A stretch of 64,000 bases of DNA, taken from Octopus vulgaris. Lineage: Eukaryota. Where the stretch lies: contig OX597817.1 in the NCBI GenBank assembly GCA_951406725.2, forward strand, positions 81,654,001 through 81,718,000. Direction: 5' to 3'. The notes under the pieces are model-generated. The model did not search any database. It saw only the letters and a program-made list of their open reading frames with translations, and was not told the DNA's origin. Both the position numbers and the translations under genes were made by a program. Of the stretch, positions 54,501 to 64,000 are shown piece after piece (within the stretch, counting starts at the first letter, position 1; every line of letters begins with the position of its first letter).

Positions 54501-55892
54501 TATTATTTTATGCATATGTGGATATATACATATTAGCATTACTATATATTAGGTGTACCTTTGTATTTATCTTAATTTGTTTTCTATGGTATTTATCTAT
54601 TTATTTATTCATTTATTTATTTATTTATATGTAGATATATACATACATATCCATTATTTATTATAATAAATATATATATATACATGTATACTAGCTTGTA
54701 CTTATATTTTCATTTTAATTTTAATTATTTCATATTATTTTATTTTATTACATTTTAATCTTAAGTAATTACAATTATTAACTTATAATTAATTTAATTT
54801 TTGTTATTTACTTATATACTAATTTATTGGTAAGTCCTCCACTGATATTATTTAATGCCAAATCCTGTTAATTATTACATTTGTATTTATGTGTCCACTG
54901 ATGCTTAAAAATATATTTATATATAAGTACTATGAATGTTTACACGCACATCATATGTGAAAATATATGGTGTGTATGTGTATGTATGTTGTTACACATG
55001 AGTATACATATGGGCATGTAGATGTGAGTGTAATTCTATTAGTTCGTTGGTAAGGGTTTTAATAGATAAATATTAGTATTATAATAACATTGGATTTATT
55101 ACGTAGATATGATATCTATTTATGCTATAAGGAGTTTTGTTTATATATCCTAGAATATTAGCGTATTTTGACTTCTTACAATTAATCTCTTATAATTTAA
55201 TTATTATAAACCGATGTTAACTTAGTATATATATATTTCTATATCTTTTGATAGTCAAACGGAAATGTTTAATCTATACTTTATAATTTAGCGTATGTTT
55301 GAATATAGCATATAGCGGTTAAGTTAGCAGACTTTTAGTTATAAAATACTATGGTTACGAAAAATACGGTGTCATATGAATTATGTACCTTATGAAAAAT
55401 TACATTCTCTATCTTGATATAATTATATGTATCTTTGCATTTAATGTTTTATGGAAATATGTGAGTGGATCTTCTTAGTTAATACCGCGGCCTTGGTGTC
55501 GTTTTGGGGGGGCTGGATGTCTGCATGCATGTATGTGCAATCGGTTGGGTTCCTCTGTTTTTCCATGTGTATAGTTACGATTATACCTCTTATATTATTT
55601 ATTTATTTATTTATGATTTGGCTGTGTATGTAGCTATGTATGTGTGTATGTGTGTGGGTGTATGTGTGTGTGTATACATATAATTATGTATGTATGTGCG
55701 CAGGATCTGTGGATGTGCGTGTGCGTATGTGCGTTTCTTGGCTAACTAACCGTAAAATTTCCATTGTGATTCAAATTTAAAACTATAAGCCAATCGAATC
55801 TATCTAGGAAAATCAATATCAAGCGGACAGATGAATTCGACTTATTGAGTATATATGTGGATGTCCGCTTGCTTTACATGGTACAATCATGG

Positions 55893-55981
<89 letters not shown>

Positions 55982-56544
55982 TTTATTGACTTTTTGTATG
56001 GTTATATATTTTAATGAACTGGACTGTTCTATATATATATGTCTGCTTTAAATTTAAATGTGAGTGTACATGTATTTCCTTGATGTTGGTTATGGAACTA
56101 TGAGTCCAATATGGAAAATAACTGTGTTTGTTAATGTATACTGATACATTTTGTTTATATTGTATTAATGTGTATATATATATGTGTAGAATTATAAGTG
56201 TCTATGCACACATTTTTATATTTTATATTTTTATATTTATATGTAAAGTTTTTTCACACTTATATTAAATTCTCTGAAGAGGCCGTGAGACATCCTTGTT
56301 AATGTCTCATTTATACCTGCTTTATATGGCTAATAGGTTAAATGAGACATACCTGTCTTCACGGCCGAAACAGCTGTCAGATATGATGTAATTGTATTTT
56401 CTATTTCTATTTCCATGTCTAGTTATATTTGCAATATATTATGTATAATGTCATTGCTGTTATGTAATGGTTTAATAAAGTATTGATTGGGTATTATCTG
56501 ATGGTTGATGATTGATTTAGGTATGTTTCTCCATTTTCTCATTT

Positions 56545-56550
<6 letters not shown>
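51578..56550 (+). mobile_element. 5'-truncated Penelope-like element: RT, Asn-rich linker, GIY-YIG, long AT-rich 3' region, HHR-containing terminus
   Basis: RT motifs FIQFDIQNYY, DITMGSPDSAEV and GLYRDD (51640-52302); frameshifts near 52240 and 52400; CNFRNRNKCVFGNQCL..VVY*C...VYIGAT (~53390-53510). Flanked by (TA)n. Confidence 0.9.
56271..56381 (+). ncRNA. Type I hammerhead ribozyme in PLE terminus
   Basis: tct-CTGAAGA-ggccgtga...tcacggcc-GAAAC-AGCT-GTC-aga; 8-bp stem II, palindromic stem III ACAGCTGT. Confidence 0.85.
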
Positions 56551-56613
<63 letters not shown>

Positions 56614-56710
56614 TATATATTTAACGGACGCAATACATGTCTTTAAGTGCTACTAACAGTTTCATATGTTTAAAAATATCTCAAACATATTCATCAGGCA
56701 CAAACAATAC

Positions 56711-56769
<59 letters not shown>

Positions 56770-56795
56770 CATACATACATATATATATATATATA

Positions 56796-58410
56796 CAGTG
56801 GCGGCCAAACTGTTCAGAACGGCATTGTTTTCGTCAGAAAAGTAGATGTAATTTTTTATCAAAGTTGTTTTATATTCTATAATTTTCACAGACAATAAAT
56901 ACTATTTGTTATTGCCTGAGATTTTGGTGTAATTTGAGAGGATAATACAAAAGTTATGGATGATTTAGTGATTTACTGCAAAACCCACGGCGGCTAAAAT
57001 GATCAGAACGGTTGCTTTTACTCCGTGTTTTAGTATATTTAACCGGCGAACTCTTAATGTTTTGAATTTGTTTACGTGACGGTTCGTTTACTAAACATTA
57101 GTAAGAATATTTGCAGTGTACTTTGTTAATATAATGCTACTTACTCCGTTACCAATTCGTCAGCAGATTATTACGCTTCAAAGGAAGGATAATTTAAGTA
57201 TTGGATCTATTGCAAAGATTGTTAACAAATCAAAAAGTGTTGTACACGGTATTCTTAAGGTCTACAATGATTGCGGTTCGTGTGAAGTAAGAAAGTTTAC
57301 AGGTAGGCCAAGAAAAACGACCAAGAGAGAAGATCGTGCTATGGTAAAGTTGGTTAAAAAGGACAGATTTAAAACTGCTGCTATTGTTTCTCGGAAAATG
57401 AGCATTGTATTGAAGAAAACTTTATCTCGAAAAACTGTGTCTCGTCGTTTAGTTGAACATGACCTACAAGCAAGAGAACCTGCAGTGAAGCCACTGATCA
57501 GCTCCAAGAATAAAAAGTGTCGTCTTACCTTTGCAACCAAACCTGTGTTGTGGTCTCAAGAAAAATGGCAAACGGTGCATTTCAGTGATGAATCTAAGTT
57601 TATGTTATTTGGCTCAGATGGGAAAAGGTACGTTCGTAGAAAAGTAGGTGAAAAATTGTCGCCTAAATGCCTTAAGACTAGTGTTAAATTCGGTGGAGGA
57701 AGTGTCATGGTTTGGGAGATGATATCTGGAGATGGTGTGGGCCCTTTGGTACGATTACATGGAAAGGTAAATGCAGGAGTTTATAAACAACTTGTAAAAG
57801 ATCATGTCTTGCCTGTGCTGAGAAATTCAACTAAGCGACCACCCATATTCATGCAGAACAATGCCCCATGTCACAAGGCTAAGGTGGTCATGAACTTCCT
57901 CAAGGCTGAAAAGGTTATTGTTATGGATTGGCTTGCTCAAAGCCCAGATCTCAATCCTATTGAAAATGTATGGAATATTCTAGAAGTTCGAAAACCAGAA
58001 ATCCTAAAACAACTGAGTAATTATGGAATGCCCTTCAGGAAGAATGGAATAAGATCACCCAGCAAGAAATTGAAAATTCAATTTCCTCATGCAGTCAAAG
58101 ATGTCAGAGTGTGATTGAAGCTAAAGGGCTTCACACTAAATATTAAATAATTCCAGTATTCTCTGTCATTTTTGATTATTTTGTAATTTTTTCAACCGTT
58201 GTGATCATTTTGGCCGCCATGGATTTTGCAGTAAATCACTAAATCATCCATAACTTTTGTATTATCCTCTCAAATTACACCAAAATCTCAGACAATAACA
58301 ATTAATATTGTATTTATTGTCTGTGAATATTATAGAATATAAAACTGCTTTAATAAAAACTTATACTTACTTTTCTGACGAAAACAATGCCGTTCTGAAC
58401 ATTTTGGCTG

Positions 58411-58414
<4 letters not shown>
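56796..58414 (+). mobile_element. Tc1-family DNA transposon, near full length, long IR/DR-type TIRs
   Basis: TA-CAGTGG terminus; ~225-bp TIRs (56796-57020 and 58195-58414) with a repeated binding motif ggcggc.aaa.tg.tcagaacgg; inserted in (TA)n. Confidence 0.93.
57116..58114 (+). pseudogene. Tc1 transposase, probably inactive
   Basis: GRPRKTT, FSDESKF, KFGGGSVMVW, SPDLNPIENVW. The second catalytic Asp is Asn (FMQNNAPCH), and a frameshift near 57980 displaces the natural C-terminus (...VIEAKGLHTKY*). Confidence 0.9.
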
Positions 58415-58475
<61 letters not shown>

Positions 58476-58598
58476 TATGTATATATACATATATATGTAT
58501 GTATATATATGTATATATATATATATATATACATATATATGTATATATATATATATGTATATATATGCATATATATATATATGTATATATATGTATAT

Positions 58599-58677
<79 letters not shown>

Positions 58678-58956
58678 GGAGTTAACGCAGGTGTAATCAA
58701 ATATTTTTACTTTCGACACATGTTTCGAAAATTCCACTGATACTATTCAAAAGAATAAATGGTATAAACAATGCAATCTTCTCCTCAGGAAAGTGAAAAA
58801 AACGAAACTCGTCAATAAGACATTTTAGCAAAAAATTATGGATTTGTATAGCGATAGACAGAACGCTATTAAACAATATTAATAGTGTTCTGTCTATCGC
58901 TATACAAATCCATAATTTTTTGCTAAAATGTCTTATTGACGAGTTTCGTTTTTTTC

Positions 58957-59042
58957 ACTTTCCTGAGGAGAAGATTGCATTGTTTATACCATTTATTCTT
59001 TTGAATAGTATCAGTGGAATTTTCGAAACATGTGTCGAAAGT
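58957..59042 (+). ncRNA. Type I hammerhead ribozyme in 5' pLTR (identical copies at 58709-58794 on - and 61781-61866 on +)
   Basis: actttc-CTGAGGA-gaagatt...aattttc-GAAAC-ATGT-GTC-gaaagt; stem I 6 bp, stem II 7 bp including one G-U. Confidence 0.9.
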
Positions 59043-59292
59043 AAAAATATTTGATTACACCTGCGTTAACTCCATTTTTTATTCATATTATTCAAAATAT
59101 TCAACGTAAACTCGAAGTTTCTACCTTTATAAACAAGGGGTTACAACACCTTTACTTGTGAGATTTTTGCTGCCCTGGTAACTATTTATTTATTTTTCCG
59201 TGTTAATTGTTAACAAGGTAAAAATACACTCATCTATTTATAATACTTTAATCAGGTTTATTAATAACCTGCTAACTGAATAGTTACAGCAT

Positions 59293-61542
59293 ATGAAGTT
59301 ATTGAATATTAACGCATCTCTTAAGGACATTCCTATTCCACCTAAGAATGTTTTCCTTAAACAACTTGTCAATACGATAAATTCATTCATCAACCGAATA
59401 AGATGGCTTACCTTTTTCTTTGACAAAAATGACACTCAACAACACACTAATGATAAAACATCTGAGTTCAACAAGTTATTTAAATCTAAAAATAATCCGC
59501 CGCCTAACCCAAGATTGAAGCAATTTGAAGATGATCTCTGGTCCATTGTGGGAAATGTAAAATTTCAACGATCACCACTAAGAAATAAACATCTGAGGTA
59601 TCTTCGCAACATCACCAAAGAAATCAATTCTATGGATACTATGTTGGTTCAATCTGATAAGACTGGAAATCTGTACAAACTTTATAAAGACTATTATTTG
59701 GAATTACTTAAAAAAGAAATTCAGAAAAAGTATAAAAGTATAAAATTGCTGATAAAAGAATACTTAAGAAAGCCAACATTGTATAACCTACAAATGAAGA
59801 CAGAACCACTTGTTCCTAAGCAACCTCGGTTCATTTTGAAGGATCACAAACCAAATTTTTTTACTAACCCATCATTAAGGCTTATCAGCCCTTCTAGCTC
59901 TGACATCGGTATCCTTAGTAAAAATATACTAGATAAATATATTCCTAATTTAATCAAAACATTTAAACTTAGTTTATAGACTAATTCGTTTGAAGTAGTT
60001 GACTGATTTAGTTCTATTAACAATAAGGTGAGTACTAAGTTTATCCAGTTTGATATTTCCAATTTTTATTCATCTATCAATCCAATAGTACTTAATAAGG
60101 CACTTTGGCTTGCTTATAACAAAGCTGGTCTCACCAGAGAAGAAATTGATGTTGTGTTGGCAGCCAGAAGATCTATTATTAAATTTGATGATAAGTTGTG
60201 GGTTCGTAAAGGCACACCAGATAGTTTCGATATACCAATGGGAAGTTCTGATTCAGCACAGATAGCTGATTTGATCTGTATATATATTCTTTTTGAAATG
60301 GCTGAAGAGTTCCCTAACATTTATGGAGATCTATATCGTGATGATTGTTTACTTTACCTCCAAAATGTTTCCAACCAAAAGGTACAAAAAGTTAAGAATA
60401 GTTTAGTTAATTTTTTCAGTAGAATGGGCTTAAAAATCGTTTTTGATGACGATATGACGAAGGCAAACTTTTTAGATATTACGCTTAATTTACACAGTGA
60501 CTCTTACCTCCTATATCGTAAACCGTTGACCAGTCTTAAGTACATTAGCAAATTTAGTAATCATCCTGGAGCAATTACTAAGAACTTAGTTAAGAATATT
60601 TCATTTAGATTATCTAAATTATCTGCTAATGTTGATATTTTCAATAATAACGCTGAATTCTATAACTCTGCCTTAATCAAAGCAGGTTATACAGAGAAAA
60701 TTTTCTACATAGATTCTGCTCAGTCTAATTGTAAATTCAATAATGTAGATAAGATTTCTAGTCGTAAAAGAATTATTGATAACAAACATAACTTACGCAC
60801 TGATACAAAGCGAATGAAAGCAGATAACCCTTATTTAATCCCCTATTATCGATCTAAAAGTAAATATAACACCTTAAAAAGTAATTACGCTATGAATACT
60901 AGTAGAAATATTTGGTTAATAATTCCTTACGGGAGACAAATTAAATCTAATCTCCCACTGCTGTTTCGTCAAGCTATTGTTAGGAATTTTCCAAACAATT
61001 CTAGATATTACTCTATAATCAATTCACATAAGGTTAGGATAGGTTTTTTAAACACAAAAAATCTCTTGCAAATTATCTCTTCTCATAATAACAGACTGTT
61101 AAATATTAATACATTTACTAATACTAACATTAATTTAGCTGATACCATCCAACCCTCTAGAAATATTAATAACAATGTTATTGTATCTGAAGTCAATTCC
61201 AATAGAATTAAGTTTATGTCAAGTAACTCTAAGATTAAAAATTCTATATACCAGTGTATAATCAGTACTCGTAATAAAGTACGATTTTACATTGGAAGCA
61301 CATCGTTAGAGTTATCTAAAAGAATTTCTATCCATTACTCAACATTTAGGGATAGAAATAAACGGAATAGTACCGGTCTCAGCAAACTGATTTGGGATTT
61401 AAAAGACCACAATGAACAATTTCATTTAGAATGGTTGATTCTCTCAATTTCGATACCATATGACAAAGGCAAGAAATTCTGTCTTCTCTGCAATTCTGTC
61501 TTCTCTAGTAAACACGGTTATAGAGCGAGCATACAGATGTAA
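59293..61542 (+). pseudogene. PLE RT-GIY-YIG polyprotein (~750 codons, single frame, two premature stops)
   Basis: 59293-59979 and 60028-61542 are in the same frame. Motifs SLKDIPIP, QSDKTGN, LKDHKPNF, FIQFDISNFY, LYRDD, FLDITL, SNHP, SIYQC...FYIGST. The stops fall at two positions that are Trp in the 51640 element. Confidence 0.92.
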
Positions 61543-62053
61543 GCATTGGCAAAAACATACATTTAGTGCATATAAGTAGTCTCTATCATTATATATAATT
61601 TAAACTTTAATTTCCTTTATATTTAACATTCACTATTAATATCCCTACTCTTTCTGTTAGCTACTTATGACGTTATATCATATAACGCTTTTTTAAACAA
61701 TATTAATAGCGTTCTGTCTATCGCTATACAAATCCATAATTTTTTGCTAAAATGTCTTATTGACGAGTTTCGTTTTTTTCACTTTCCTGAGGAGAAGATT
61801 GCATTGTTTATACCATTTATTCTTTTGAATAGTATCAGTGGAATTTTCGAAACATGTGTCGAAAGTAAAAATATTTGATTACACCTGCGTTAACTCCATT
61901 TTTTATTCATATTATTCAAAATATTCAACGTAAACACGAAGTTTCTACCTTTATAAACAAGGGATTACAACACCTTTACTTGTGAGATTTTTGCTGCCCT
62001 GGTAACTATTTATTTATTTTTCCGTGTTAATTGCTAACAAGGTAAAAATACAC

Positions 62054-62148
<95 letters not shown>

Positions 62149-62154
62149 CTTGGA

Positions 62155-64000
<1,846 letters not shown>

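Larger units (their letters stand above)
58671..62057 (+). mobile_element. Full-length Penelope-like element: inverted partial pLTR, pLTR, ORF, pLTR
   Basis: Direct repeats 58871-59234 and 61695-62057 (~365 bp, nearly identical); 58671-58875 is an inverted copy; flanked by (TA)n and (CT)n(TA)n. Confidence 0.95.

Overview
AT-rich, microsatellite-saturated animal genomic DNA. The tRNA-derived SINE families look like those of octopus (inferred from sequence resemblance, no search run). The only host-gene feature I can support is the last coding exon of cullin-1 (4009-4089, +) and its 3' UTR. The rest is a transposon graveyard: three tRNA-SINE families, Tc1/mariner and hAT elements, LINE fragments and many Penelope-like elements (PLEs; RT + GIY-YIG) whose pseudo-LTRs (pLTRs) carry type I hammerhead ribozymes (HHR). 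The main result is a non-coding array of ~490-bp units at 20243-22680 (about 3.6 direct copies plus 1.3 inverted copies, inserted in (TA)n). Every unit contains an intact hammerhead and many hairpins, so it is a candidate cephalopod non-LTR retrozyme (self-cleaving, potentially circular RNA). A strongly diverged homologue with compensatory stem changes lies next to it (22900-23260). About 20 intact or degenerate HHR motifs occur in the window. Most ORFs in the track are microsatellite artefacts. All structures were folded by eye and many repeat boundaries are approximate.
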